From: Leptogorgia sarmentosa | Taxonomy: Eukaryota | NCBI GenBank assembly: GCA_964658305.1 | Contig: OZ210885.1 | Span: 15,562,001-15,626,000 of the forward strand | Length of the DNA stretch: 64,000 bases | Direction: 5' to 3' | In this document: positions 38,035 through 50,599 of the stretch, piece by piece | Position numbering within the stretch: the stretch's first letter is position 1 | Layout: each line of letters begins with the position of its first letter | Notes under the pieces: model-generated | Seen by the model: the letters and a program-made list of their open reading frames with translations, nothing else | The model's database searches: none | What the model was told of the DNA's origin: nothing | Translations under genes and position numbers: made by a program

Positions 38035-38761
38035 ACACTGGGCTTGCGATCGCAAGGAAGTCTGAAGCCATGCTTAAGAATTGGGAGATACCTTTGTGGA
38101 AATGTCATATGCTAATCACTGATAATGGTGCGAACATGGTCAGTGCAGTTGAATTAGCTGGTTTAGCAAGAGGGTCCTGCTTTCTTCAATTTTCTTCAAG
38201 AGGGTCCTGCAATTCTGGATGGCATCATGTCACAAAGGAGTGTTTCCGATATGATTTCAAGAAGCAAGCGAGTCGTAACTCATTTTAATCACTCAGCTTT
38301 AGCTTGTTACGAGCTCTCCAAGATCCAAGAAGAATTAAATCTCCCAAAGAAGAAGCTGATTCAGGATGTTCCTACTCGGTGGAATTCAACATATTGCCTA
38401 TTTCAGCGATTGTTTGAGGTTAAAAATACCATCGTACTGTATGCTATGGAGCATAACATTCCAATGGAGACTGACGGAAAAGGTCGTCTGTTTGCTTCAA
38501 CCCTTTGAAGAATTCACCAAACTCCTGAGCTCTAACAACGCCCCTATTTCAGCCGTGATACCCACTGTTTTGGTCCTCAAGCATTTGTTAGCCAAAGACG
38601 ATGGAGACAAATCAACTGGCGTGTGCACAATGAAGAAGGAATTTTATGATGCTATAACTTCTTGTTTTGAACGGATGCTCAAAGATGAGAATTACATTAT
38701 TGCGACTACTATCGACCCCTGTTTCAAGTTAGCCTTCACAAACAACATCAAGAGGGTGTGA
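38035..38761 (+). pseudogene. hAT (ZBED1/4-like) transposase fragment
   Basis: ITDNGANMV, HFNHS, LIQDVPTRWNSTY, LLQPFEE, ATTIDPCFK. Frameshifted. Confidence 0.88.
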
Positions 38762-39699
38762 GTTGCTTCTTCACAAATTGGAAAACACAAGGCTTCCAGA
38801 ACCGGAAAGCACACCAACGTCTCCTTTCTCCAACAGAAACAGAAACATATCCTTTATACAAAACCGCAGGGGCCCCCAAAAGCCAGGGGCCTGTATTTCT
38901 TTGTGGAAACTTCAGAACAGAAAAAGAAAAATTTCCTTTATAAAAAACGAGGGGCCCCAAAAGCGCAGGCCCCCGGCATATGCTGGGTCTGCCATGGGGT
39001 TAATCTGGGACTGGGCTCATCCCTAGTAGTATGTCCATTTTGTTACTTTATCACTTCTACTGTAACTGCTTTTCTCTATGCTACACTGCGTTTCTGCTTC
39101 TTTTTTATCGAAACACTATAAATCGGTTTGAGAAAAACAATTTTTTTTCGAAGTCTTCCCAGATTTAACACAAACCTGGACACCCTTTACATTCTTGGAT
39201 TAGCTATAATAAGCTATTTTAATAACTTGCATTGAAAAGCACTAATCCCGAGCACTCGAACAGTTTCATATTTCATATCATGTTCCCTATTCACTATGGT
39301 TAATTAATTATACATAACGTCAACAGAAATGCCATTGTTCTAGTTATATCACAGCCTCTATCATCACATTCACCATCGCCGCACTGCGTTTTCATTCTCT
39401 TGAACAACTTCAACGGCTTCATTGCAGTTGCACCCCTCTGGGAACTACATAATTTTTACATAATTTAATAGATTAGATCCTACTTTATCAGATTCCACTG
39501 CTCTTCAAGCAAAACAGGTCTTAAAAAATACAATTCTCTGTTGTTTTTTGTTACAACTGCCAACATCTCTACAGCCAAGACAACAGTATCAGTCGCTGCA
39601 GAAGAGAAAGTTCAACATCGCCCAAAGAATGCAACGCATGTATGAATTTCGTGTTTTTCTTTCTACAAATATGAGTGAGATTGTTATGTTTACTTGCCC

Positions 39700-40340
39700 C
39701 TTTCAGAAACAGATCTTTTCAGTGGACAGAAGACCACAATGTACTTCTTTGTCATGAAATACTTGTTCGCGAGCCATTTTATCTAAAGCCGAGAAGCCAG
39801 GAAAGAGGAAGAATGTGGGAGAAAATTGCACGAAATTTGAATGTGCTTCATCATCCAAAGTTCAGGGTAACGTCTAGGTCTAAGTTAAACAATGAAGAAC
39901 GGGCAACGATGTAGAGGAGACTGAATTAGAAAACTTACTGGACGAAATCCTGGCAAAACAACAGTTGGGTAAAGAACAAATAGAGTTAGATGCTGAAAAT
40001 AACAAAACTAAAGCTGAAAAGCAAAAGTGACTATCCTGGTGATGATGAGGAAGAAAATGATGTTCCATCTAGAAAAAAGAAAACAATACGAAGAAGTACA
40101 AATGATGCTATAAGCTATTTGCAAGTAAAAGCGGAAAAGGAATACTCTCAGAGATTGATGGAGATAAATCTCAGAAAAATGGAGTTGGAAAGAGCAGGTG
40201 AGAGGGAAAATTAAAACAGAACATGAAGCAACAGAATCAACAAAATCTGCAAGCTATGCTTATGGCACAACAGCAACAGCAGAACCAGATACTGATGGCA
40301 TTATTGGACAAAAATGGTTCCACTTCAAAGCAGCATCAGT
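39700..40340 (+). pseudogene. Harbinger/PIF Myb/SANT-like DNA-binding gene, decayed
   Basis: FQWTEDHNVLLCHEIL..PF..KPRSQERGRMWEKIARNLN, followed by coiled coil and Q-rich tail; convergent with the HARBI1-like gene. Confidence 0.7.
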
Positions 40341-40623
40341 AGCATATCCTAACTTTGTGTTTTAAAGCACATTTTATTTAATTATATGTTTCAACATTAC
40401 ACATGAGATTCATAAAGTTAGCAGCTGAACTTAAAGCTTGTGTTTCAGTTACTATTGAACAGTAAATTGTTAACATTGTCTATTGTTATACTCAAATAAA
40501 GGAGAACCACAGGGATTATAGTGATAAATTGTACATCACATGTTACAATGTCATTTACAATACTCTTGCATTATATGTGTTATTCTACTGATTAGGAAAA
40601 GTACTTTTGTAATGTAGGTGGGT

Positions 40624-41836
40624 CTAAATTGAAAGGTGTTGATGTTTGATTACCATAGAGGCATGTGAGAGCATTTCTGAGAATTGCACTAACATAGTGT
40701 ATTTTCCAACACTGCTAAGATACAACTCGAGATTCTTTTTGTCCACAAACTTGAAGTATGTACTGATATCTCCAAATAGCCACTCCACAGATGCTCTTAC
40801 TTCGCTCATGGCAGTATTGAAGTTCTTCATTTGAGGGGTAACAATTGCATTCCTAAAAGGGCCTTGAAGCTGTACTCTTAATGGATAAGCTGGATCACCG
40901 TACACACAGAAAGACCTCACCTGTTGGGGAGATTGCATGTTCTTCTAAATCATGAAGGAGGCCTGAATGAGCTAGCATGCCATCATGTTTTTCCCCCTCT
41001 TAAAAACAAAGTACAATATTAATATACATCAAAATGTAAGTGGTGTGATGTGGGCAACATGAATCAATTGCTTCTTTTGTTTATGTAACAATAAAGCAAC
41101 TCTAAATTTAAAGACTCAGTCTATTCAATGTCAGTTCATTCTTTGTCAAGAAAAAAAATCAACATTGGCAAAATAAACCATTAATATGATATTGAATAGA
41201 TTGATACTTGCCTACTGGACCATATAGGTTCCCGATAATACCATTAGGTAGAGCAAAAGATTGTAATTTGATCGCATGTACTCTTTTGTGGCCATTGTAT
41301 ACTATTCTTTGGTTTTTAACTGGTCAACATATTCTTACCAATGTGCCATCAATAAATCCATAACATCCATATTCCTACAGCTTCCCTGGGTTCATGACAA
41401 TATCATTCCATTCAGTTACTCAATGACCATGCCGACTGTATATGAAATCAATCACAGTATTGGTGATCATGCTTATTACAGGAACAGGTCTAGCAAAACG
41501 TGAAAACATATCCCCACACCAGCATGGGTAGGAAAGCCGCCCGAGCAGTATGCATAGCCCTGTCAAACTGCCACATATTGAACGCTGTTCGCAGACAAAC
41601 TGTTCCGGGATTTTAAGGTAGTGTGCAAGAACTGGAATATCCTATTTCAGGAACTGAAACTCTGCCAACATTCATCTTCATCCATTTAATTCAGATTAAT
41701 CAGATCAAATCTTGTAGGGCAAATCTTGATTTTTTGATTCGTATGAAGACAACAAGCACAGTAATGCTTCGTCATCAATAACACCTTTGTCATGGCTAAT
41801 TAGAAATATATTCCGTAATTCTTTGAACGATGGCAT
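40624..41836 (-). pseudogene. Harbinger/PIF (HARBI1-like) transposase, decayed
   Basis: YGDPAYPL...FNTAMSEVRASVEWLFG; upstream FIDG, YNGHKRVHAIKLQSFALPNG.IGNLYGP and RLSYP fragments. Confidence 0.85.
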
Positions 41837-42414
41837 CGGTTTTATTGTAGTAACATATTAAAATTGGTCAATAAAATTTTTAAATTTTTACGTTGTCATG
41901 CCGTGATTGCTTAAGCTTTAAATTTAGTGGCGAAAACGGCATTCTCGTTCCAGTCCTTTTCCACTTTTTACATCCTATTCACGTTGTGCGTGAAGTTGTG
42001 TTTGCTTAAGGCAGACATTCCAACCTCTTGAACCTCAAAACCGGGACATTTATGGCAGCGCCGCCAGCGAACATAATTTATTGCATTGCCCCACCCAAAA
42101 AACAGCCAGTGAAAATTGAAGTGATTTATATGTTCAAAAGTTGTTCTAATTTTACAAAATGTGACATATCATGGGAATACTTATTGAAATTGAAGTAAAT
42201 CATAATCATTCATTCATTCGTTCGTTCATCATTCATTCATTCCTTCCTTTATTCATCTGTTCATTCATGAAACAATTAATAACATTATAGTTTCTTTTAC
42301 AAATTAATGTTTTACCTATTTAGAATCGATTTAATTAATTAATACCGCCCTGGATTGGCAGTCGAAACCCCGAACTAAGTTGTCGCTGGAACGAAAGCTC
42401 TTCCCTTTCAGAAT

Positions 42415-44940
42415 CTATTTGTTCTTTGAACTATGCTTCTCGTTATATTCACGTGTTGCAGATTTGCATTTCTTCAATAATTCTTTTGAAGGTTCCCAGG
42501 TGTAACATGCCATTAACTGCTCAGGAACAGCCATTTTTACACGCATTATGGCATTCAATGACCCTCCCAACTGAAGCCGCGAGCGAAAGTCAGTTTTGTT
42601 CTTTCGAATAGTGGAAAACACCCTCTCTTCACCAGCGTTGCTGTGAGGAATGACAAGAACTGACAAAGCAATCTCTGTAAGAGCAGGAAATTTAGGTTTT
42701 AGATAGCCCCAGATGATATCCATGCGATGTTGATTATCTCGGATATCTCCTACAACTGCTGCTTCCCAAATCGTTTGGGGTATATCATTCTCATTCATTG
42801 CCTGGTAGTCGATTAATTCGTCTTCAACTGCATTTAATATTGACGGATCTGACATTAACGTTTCGTGGATTCGTTTAAAGTGCGTGATTGTCTGTTCAAT
42901 GTGGGCAAAGGAAACTTCAGTTCGTCTTTTGAAATCGACAAATATACAATGCTTCATAAACAGATCGTCAAGTGGAAGCCACTGAACACAGTATTCGTAG
43001 GCTTTAACAAAGAAGGCTCGTACTGCGTCAAAGAACTGATCGACCTCAGTTTGATCAATTTCCCCTTCTTCCAACAGACGTTTAAGTGTGTTCCGTGTAA
43101 GTGGACCAATTCCCAAACTCATATCATCTTTCTGGTTTTCAAGAGAGACGTCCAGATCCGCAAATGATTTGTTTTCCAATTTCTGTTTCTGGATGATTTC
43201 TGGTTTGATGAATTTGGATGCTAGTTTGTGCATAAAACGCTGCTGTAAATCGTATAGCTGATAAATAACTGGATCTTCTCGCTGAAGAAACTTGTTGAAG
43301 TTGGTAAAACATGGAAGCGAGGCTTGATAAAAGAGTAGGTAAATTTCAGTAATCGGATTGGTGTAGCTGCGGCGGAGTCGTTTAAAACGTGCATCTGGAA
43401 AATTTTCAGACAGGAAGTACGATTTCAAGCCTTCGTACTTTCTTAGCTCTCGATTGATGCAAAGCTCCAAACACAACCAACACGTTGAAATAAACTTTAT
43501 AACTCCTTCATACTCGGTATCACAGAATTCGTAATATTCCTTAAGAATGCTTTTTCGCTTGCTCGATTTGTCAAACCAGTAGAAAATATCAACACAATGA
43601 TCTTCAACGTCAAAGCCAGTAACTTCCGAAAACGCCGTTGCAGCTTTACCAGATGCATTATGAAGAATGTGGCAGGGGCAGCCAGCAATGACAATGTCCT
43701 CATTTTTCTCTTTAGCACGTGTCTTAATCGAATTATGATCACCTATATTAACGTTTGTGTTGTCTAGGCCGATTGCCATGCAATGGTCCCACTGAATATC
43801 GTTTTCAGATAGAAAATTGTCGACACTTTCGAACATCACGTCAGCTGTGGAGGCATCTCGTCCCTCAAGCAAATTCATGTCTAGAAATTTCGTCATAATT
43901 CTACTGAAGTTCACGTCAAAAATTCGTACCGTTATGGGAAACATCTTTTGAATGCCATTGTCATTACTGCCATCCAACATAAGGCTGTAGGGCATTTCTT
44001 GCATGTCGGATTTCAGCTCTTCAAAAAAATGATCTCCCAGGCAGTTAACAATGGCTGCAGTTTTTGTTCTGCTGCAGCTAAATGATTGAGCGACTTGGCT
44101 TCCCTTGAATTCATTCCTGATTAGTGGACAAAGGTGATCAGAGATATTAAAAAATGTGTTATGTTGAATGAGTAACATCACCATTTTTGTCTCAGCAGCA
44201 ATTGTTGGGTCAATATCACTCTTCGGTTGTTTTTGGAATAGTTGGTCAACTCGGAGGTTTCCTGGGTAATATGATAACCAATCTTTAGTACTTTAATTTA
44301 ACCAAGTTTAATGTTTTGGAATATAAGAAATAACAATACTAGTAATACTAATAATGTAAACCTTATTCATTGCGGATTATTAATACAATGAAACTACTTG
44401 AATATAATAATCATTAAATAAAAAAGATTATATTGTCATTAGTTTTGGGTTATCTCTTAATTTGTTTGTTTGCAAAATACACATTAAGATGATTGTATAC
44501 ACGTGTTCATAATTCTCTCTTTATGAACTTATATTGGGCATGCATATGATCTACCGAAAATTCTTAATCACTGGTTGTGTATTTCGAGTGAAATTAAATT
44601 CCTCAGGGATAAGGTTTGTACGTCTTTGGAACCGCCCAATGAACCTAGTAGTTGCTGGTGGTATATATTACTAATTACTTCAAGAACAACATGACCATGC
44701 GGATTAAACTTACTTTGACAATTGCGATGAGCAGTTTTGTGGTTGCTTGTAGCAATATGCTCCCTAACGTCACTAATTCCCCCCATGTGCACATGAAATA
44801 TTGACATTGCATGAAGAACAATGAAACTTATATAAATGATCTTTTAAAGAAGAAGAGCATGCTTTAATGAATGGATATTCCTTTTGATACTCAAGAGAAT
44901 ATTTTGTAAGCCGTTTTTGTTTCTTTGTTGGTTGTGCCAT
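42415..44940 (-). CDS. hAT transposase (ZNF862/Buster-like); main exon 42415-44260 uninterrupted, zinc-finger exon ~44710-44940
   Basis: SLMLDGSND, IGLDNTNVNIG, GCPCHILHN, STCWL, IPHSNAGEERVFS (hAT dimerisation region). The upstream finger exon appears frameshifted. Confidence 0.88.
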
Positions 44941-45163
44941 TAACAGTACCTATAAAGAAGATAAGATATATCTCATTTAAGCCTTTTTAATTAAAATATG
45001 TTGTATGATGCATTTGTGTTTTAACACGAGTATTGATTGTTGCTTGACAAGTTTGCGAGTTTGCGAGAAAATAGTCAAACACTGATAAATTTTTAATCGT
45101 CATTACAATAAATAGTCGTCATTATATTAATATAACATGCGAGAGCGCCAAGCGAAGACTGTC

Positions 45164-45290
45164 TCCAGGTGGAATTTTGCGCGCAGAGCGGAATTTTTCT
45201 TTATCTTATCTAATTAGTTCCACCTGAGAAATCACAAGACAAAGAAAAATTCCACTCCGCGCGCAAAATTCCACCTAGTGGAAAACTGGC
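45164..45290. mobile_element. Palindromic MITE-like repeat
   Basis: aggtggaattttgcgcgcagagcggaatttttcttt ... aaagaaaaattccactccgcgcgcaaaattccacct. Confidence 0.7.
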
Positions 45291-46520
45291 CTTGGCTAGC
45301 AAAGGCGAGGCGGAAAAGCAATCAAGATTAGTGTCAAGATAATTAAGAAGTGTTAATACTATTAGGCTAGAAGTGATATTAAGCTAAAACTATACAAGCG
45401 GTGTAAAGATTAAATATGTTTGAGTGTATTTCCTAAAAGGTTTATGAAGAATAAAGTTAAATGTAAAGTTAGACAGTGTTCCAAAGACTAGCATATTTTG
45501 CGCAATATACGTTCGCGTATGTGGCACTTAGACTATAGTATTAGGCTCGTGATCGTGGTCGATACAATATACATTAATAACATACAAACATACATACAAA
45601 TGATACAATTGAATTAGTTATTACATACATCAACTTTATTTACTCTCGAATAATGAATTCAGAATTTTAAAGAGTAGCATAGTGAATGCTAATATAAATG
45701 AGATTCTTTCAAACTAGTATTTTAATTTATAATTTATTTGTGTCATGGATTAGGTCATAATAGTGTCGAATTTGGTTTAGTAGTGTAGTCGAACATCGTT
45801 TACAAAAAAGATATACACCAAGGATACAGAAAGATATCAAACATGTGCACATCCTAATACGTATTTTAACATGAATATTAATATAAATTAAGGATTCACG
45901 TACCTTCCAGTATTCAAACTCGGCGCCAAATTCACTCGACGAGCCCGCGTAAATGCGTAATCTTCTAGAAAATCTTGAGCGAATTAACGCAAGCGAGCCC
46001 TAATTGACCCTTGCATTCCTATGATATCCAATTACATTTAAATTTCTAATTTACGCGAAGACGGCGACAACAAGTGATTACGATGCTATAGATTGCAATG
46101 CGAACGAATGAGACGAGCTAAAAATGTGAATTCACCAAAAATATGTAAAAAGAGAAACTGTAAATTATTTTTATAAAGCTTCACCTGAAAACCGGGACAA
46201 TTTTATTTCTACCGGGACACAGGGACAAAAGAGTCTAAACCGGGACTGTCCCGGTGAAACCGGGACAGTTGGAATGTTTGTTAAGGTCCCAAATAAAACT
46301 TTGTGGTCATTTTTAAGATATCTTTGCAAGTGTTGTTGTGTTAATTTTGGTCATGTCTCAGCAATTATAATGAGTTTGTCCCAATGCAACTTTAATTTAT
46401 AATGGAGTGGCAATTGTCCTATTTTATTAAAGGTTTTTCACAAGCACGATTTTACTTCTACAATGCAGAATAAAAACAATATCAGACAATTGGGCCAAGT
46501 AAAAAAGATATTCAGACAAA

Positions 46521-46609
46521 ATAGAAATATTTTAAGGGAAATATTCTGAGAAATCCCGAATTTCTTAGAAATATTTTAAGGGAAATATTCTAAGAAATCC
46601 CGAATTTCT
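46521..46609. repeat. Tandem duplication of about 44 bp
   Basis: tagaaatattttaagggaaatattct(g/a)agaaatcccgaatttct x2. Confidence 0.85.
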
Positions 46610-47012
46610 GGCTAATATACGTTCAAAAGTTGTTTTTTTTCAAATGTCGTTGAATAGAATCACACATAGCTCTAGAACATAAAGAAGCCACCCGGAAAAT
46701 ACTTCTGTCCAATGGTTTTCCCTGTGACATGTTTGGCCGCTATGTTAGGACATTTCTTGATAATTATTCCAACCTAAGCTACCTCTCTACAATGTTGCTA
46801 AGAAAATTGTTCCTAAGAAAATTGTTTAACTCTGTCTCCCCTTTACAGGGTTTCAGGCATTACACGTCCGTACACAAATTGTCACAGTAGACTTGTGATT
46901 GAACTGTGGACCCCCCGGAGTTTTTAGTGTGTTCAGATGTTCTGAGTTGAAGAGGAAATATATATAATCGGGTTGATACAAAAACACTAAATAACAACAA
47001 GTAATAAACTGT

Positions 47013-49470
47013 GAACGTGGTGGCAGCATAGAAATTACAAATTACTATGGCAGGTAAGCGAGAATATCGGCTAGATATTACAATTGATGGCAAAATCGCC
47101 GAGGATTTTGAACAATTTTGGCACCATTACAAATTGAAGGCTCGTCAAAATATCACACCAAAACCGTGGTCTGAGGAGGAGGACGCACCGAAGTTACTCG
47201 CCATTGAGAAACAACTATGTGGTAAAGCCTGCTTGTTCGTTCGGGGATTACATGAAGAAAGTAAAGCGACAGTCACAGTGCTTCAAACAGCGCTACAAAC
47301 AGCACTGACAGAAAAATATGTTAATCCACGGGCGATTCAAAGTTGTGCTTTGGCATTCGATCAAGTGACTCAACAACCACGAGAAGAAACTTCCTTCGGC
47401 GATTGCAACGTATGGTTCATTTAGGCTGTCCTGACAGTACCGAGAACGACGCAAGAAACTCAAATACAACTTAGATAAATACCAATATGGTTTGTTTTCG
47501 TTTACTGGAAAAAAGCTTCTATAAACAAGATGGCACTTGTGAATCACCCGAAACCCTACTAGTGGCAGCTCAAGAACATTCGTCAATTCTTCAAACAAGT
47601 GGTGATGTCCCCAGTATCTGCGCTATTAGGGATGAAAACAGTGTGCTACAGCAAAAATTAACCTGGAAAAGAAAGTCACAAGTCTTCAAATGAAAGAGAA
47701 TACAAGATCGGGACCAGTGGGTCGTACTTCCCAGGGTCGGTTGCCCGGTCGTGGTAGATCTGTTCGTTGTTGCTACCCGCGATGTGGAAAACAGCGTCTG
47801 GAAGGTTGGAAGGAATGCCGATTGCGAAAACGAAATGAGTCTGATTGGCAGCCATCATTAGCATCAAACAAAGAACGTTCTCCAGCATCTCATACAGTTC
47901 AGAGTCGGGATTTTGAGGATGATTCGTACTATTTAAACTAGCAAGGCCTGGCTGGATGGGGCCAGACCAGTACTGGGATAAGGGATATCACCAGTTTATA
48001 AAGGTAAATAAGGACAATAGACATGCTTATGATCCACATTATAATCCAAACTATTGTGCTACAGTACATGCTAAGTCTCCATTTGTTCGTGTGACTTTAG
48101 GTAAGAATACGGTCAGTGCATTATGGAACACTGGTAGTGATCTTAGCCTTATAACGGCTGGTGGGGTAAAAGAAGGAATTGAACTACACCAGTGATGCAA
48201 AATGAAACGCCCCAGCTGTGGAGGGATCAAAAGTCAACTGTAAAGGTAAAATGACCTTAAATGTACAAATAGGCACCACTGTGGTGAAACAACACACATA
48301 TGTGGTTCAAGTGTTGGTAGTACCTTATCTATTGGGAGCTGATTTTCAAGCCCGGTTACGTGAATTTGTAATGGCTGGCGCAGGGGGGAACTAAGATTGG
48401 AGGATGGTAGCTATTGTAATTTTTATCACCCGGTAGTGGTTAGACCTGCGGAAACAATTGAACTGGCTGCAGGGACAGAGACTGCAGTCTTATGCAATTT
48501 AGACAAACCCTTATCATGTAATGAAGTACTGATTGAGCCAATAGCTCAAGAAACGTAATTAGTGGGGGTCTGTAGAATAGTGACACGTCAAAAGACAGCA
48601 CAGCAAGTGGTGTTGAGAGTGGCAAATTTGGATTCCCAAGTTCAGACACTCTATAAAAACAATTATTTAGCATGGGCTAATCCAAACTTTGATGTTGGGT
48701 TTCAAAGTGGGACTTCAAAGCTCGTGTCTGATTCCAGAAGAATATATTATCAATCTGATGAAACTCTGGACAAAAAAATAATGACATTTTTATGTGGATG
48801 GTGATCAGTTAGGTTTGGTAAAGTTAGTGAAACATGAAATACCCTTGCAGCCAAATGCTGTTCGAGTAGTACAACGCCCAAGGAGATTGTCCCCCTCTGA
48901 ACGGCAAGAAGTATGAGAAGAAATTAGTTATTTGTTCAGCCAAGGTTTAATGGAGATGTCATCTAGTCCATGGTCCAGTCCGATTGTAATAGCTAGTCGT
49001 AAGAATGGACGGTTACGACTGGCAAAGACTACTGTCGCCTCAATAGTTTAACGATCAACAGTCATTATCCGTTACCTGTCATTGATGATCTTTTGGATTG
49101 TCTGAGTAACGCAAAGTTTTTCTTAACACTTGATGCCAACTCCGGATACTGGCAAATGGCTATCTGTGTTGAAGATTGTTATAAAACAGCGTTTGTAACA
49201 CCAGACGGCCAGTATGGATGGACTGGACATGGGACCCTGTTTGGCCTGTCAGGGGCACCTGGCAGTTTTCAATCATTAATGACTGCTATCTTGTGGGAAC
49301 TTTCGTGGACCAGTGCATTAGCGTACTTGGATGATATTGTTTGGAGTTGAACATGGAACAAGCACCTTAAGAGATTAGGAGATGTTTTTGCTCAATTTCG
49401 GAAAGCGGGCATGAAACTCAATGCAGAGAAATGTCGCTTCGGCCAGCGAAGAATTGAGTTCTTGGGACAA
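47013..49470 (+). pseudogene. Gypsy/Ty3 LTR retrotransposon 5' half (PBS, gag, protease, RT), decayed and truncated
   Basis: PBS-like tggtggcagc (~47018); ALWNTGSDLSLI (protease); SSPWSSPIV; LDANSGYWQM, KTAFVTPDGQY, FGLSGAPGSFQ, AYLDDIV, IEFLG. Confidence 0.88.
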
Positions 49471-49676
49471 GAATAAATAATATTTTTAAAAATGTGCAAT
49501 GTTTTTGTACAAGGTTTTAATAATGTAAAAGGTTTTTAATAAAAATATAAAATGTTACAAGCCTCACGTCAGCTATTGTCTAAAACAAGTCACCCTGCAG
49601 AGCCGATCTTATAACACTTTAAAACGTTTAGTGTAAAACAGGAACGGAGATGGTTTCTTTTCATCATGGACAGATT

Positions 49677-50378
49677 TTAGGATTTCCTTTTCTCTTTTGT
49701 TTTTACATTTCGGGAGATGAAGTTGACTAAGGGGTATATCTTCTTCTTCTTCTTCCTTTGCGGGGGTGGTGTTTCTTTTTTTGCAGGGGGGTGGTGTTTC
49801 TTCCTTTGTGGGGGTGGTGTTTCTTTTCTGCTGGGGGGTGGTGTTTCTTCCTTTGCTGGGGGTGGTGTTTTTTCCTTTGCGGTGGTGGTGTTTCTTTTTT
49901 TGCTGGGGGGTGGTGTTTCTTCCTTTGTAGGGGGTGTTGTTTCATCTTCCCACTGGAAAAATTTGCATTGGTCTACATCACCCTGTTGTCGGGGGCAGGA
50001 GAAAAAAACTCTTCCTTTATTAGGGCCACTCTTTTTCACGCTACGTTTTTTGGATACTTCGTTATGATAGCACCACGGTCTTTGAAGTATGATTTTATCA
50101 CCCCACTCGAAGTATTCACATTTATCTGTGTTTTTTGAGCACACAAAAAAGGGACGACCATAGTTGTCTTTCATAATATCTTTTACCACGCGTAATTTTG
50201 CTATGTTGTTATCGCAACACACTGGTTGTGGCTGTCCAGTTTCATGAAACGCGGTCATCGCGTTTTCGTAAATGTATCCTTCGTCTTCATTGCATGTGAA
50301 ATGACAACTTGGTTGTTGTGTGCAGAACCAATTCCCATTTTCGGTTGTACCAGCAGGTAGTTTATGTAAGCATTCCAT
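49677..50378 (-). CDS. Polinton accessory protein with three GRF-type zinc fingers and a KETPPP-repeat basic tail
   Basis: NYGRPFFVCSK..CEYFEW and C.H..GPNKGRVFFSCPR..CKFFQW, plus a degenerate first finger; 24-bp tandem repeats encode (K/E)ETPPPxK. Confidence 0.8.
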   Translation of the reverse strand: MECLHKLPAGTTENGNWFCTQQPSCHFTCNEDEGYIYENAMTAFHETGQPQPVCCDNNIAKLRVVKDIMKDNYGRPFFVCSKNTDKCEYFEWGDKIILQRPWCYHNEVSKKRSVKKSGPNKGRVFFSCPRQQGDVDQCKFFQWEDETTPPTKEETPPPSKKRNTTTAKEKTPPPAKEETPPPSRKETPPPQRKKHHPPAKKETPPPQRKKKKKIYPLVNFISRNVKTKEKRKS

Positions 50379-50413
50379 TATTTCGGTGTGATTTTACCTT
50401 ATGCGTTCTACCC

Positions 50414-50543
50414 TTTTATAAAACATTTACGTGTGGTCTTTACGTGCGGTTTTTACGTGCGGTTTTACGTGCGGTTTTTACGTGCGGTTTTTACGTGCTG
50501 TCTTTACCTGTGGTAAAAAACAGGTGGTTTGTGAATATATAAA
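50414..50543. promoter_or_regulatory. Divergent promoter: TATA(-) / 6 x TACGTG / TATA(+)
   Basis: ttttata at 50414-50420 (TATAAAA on minus); TACGTG at 50428, 50441, 50454, 50466, 50479 and 50492; tatataaa at 50536. Confidence 0.65.
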
Positions 50544-50599
50544 TGACGAAAGTTTTTAATATGTATGCTGTGAAAAGTAAGTTTTTTATTTCAATAAGT

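Larger units (their letters stand above)
42012..46280 (-). mobile_element. hAT DNA transposon, near full length
   Basis: TIRs cagacattccaac and gttggaatgtttg; ccgggac subterminal repeats at both ends; ttaagg duplicated at the flanks. Confidence 0.85.

Noticed and set aside
46724..47012. 5' LTR of the Gypsy element
   Set aside because: Plausible position upstream of the PBS, but no second LTR in the window to define it, so boundaries are unsupported.
49717..50138. Plus-strand Gly/Phe/Cys-rich ORFs
   Set aside because: Antisense shadows of the KETPPP repeat region.
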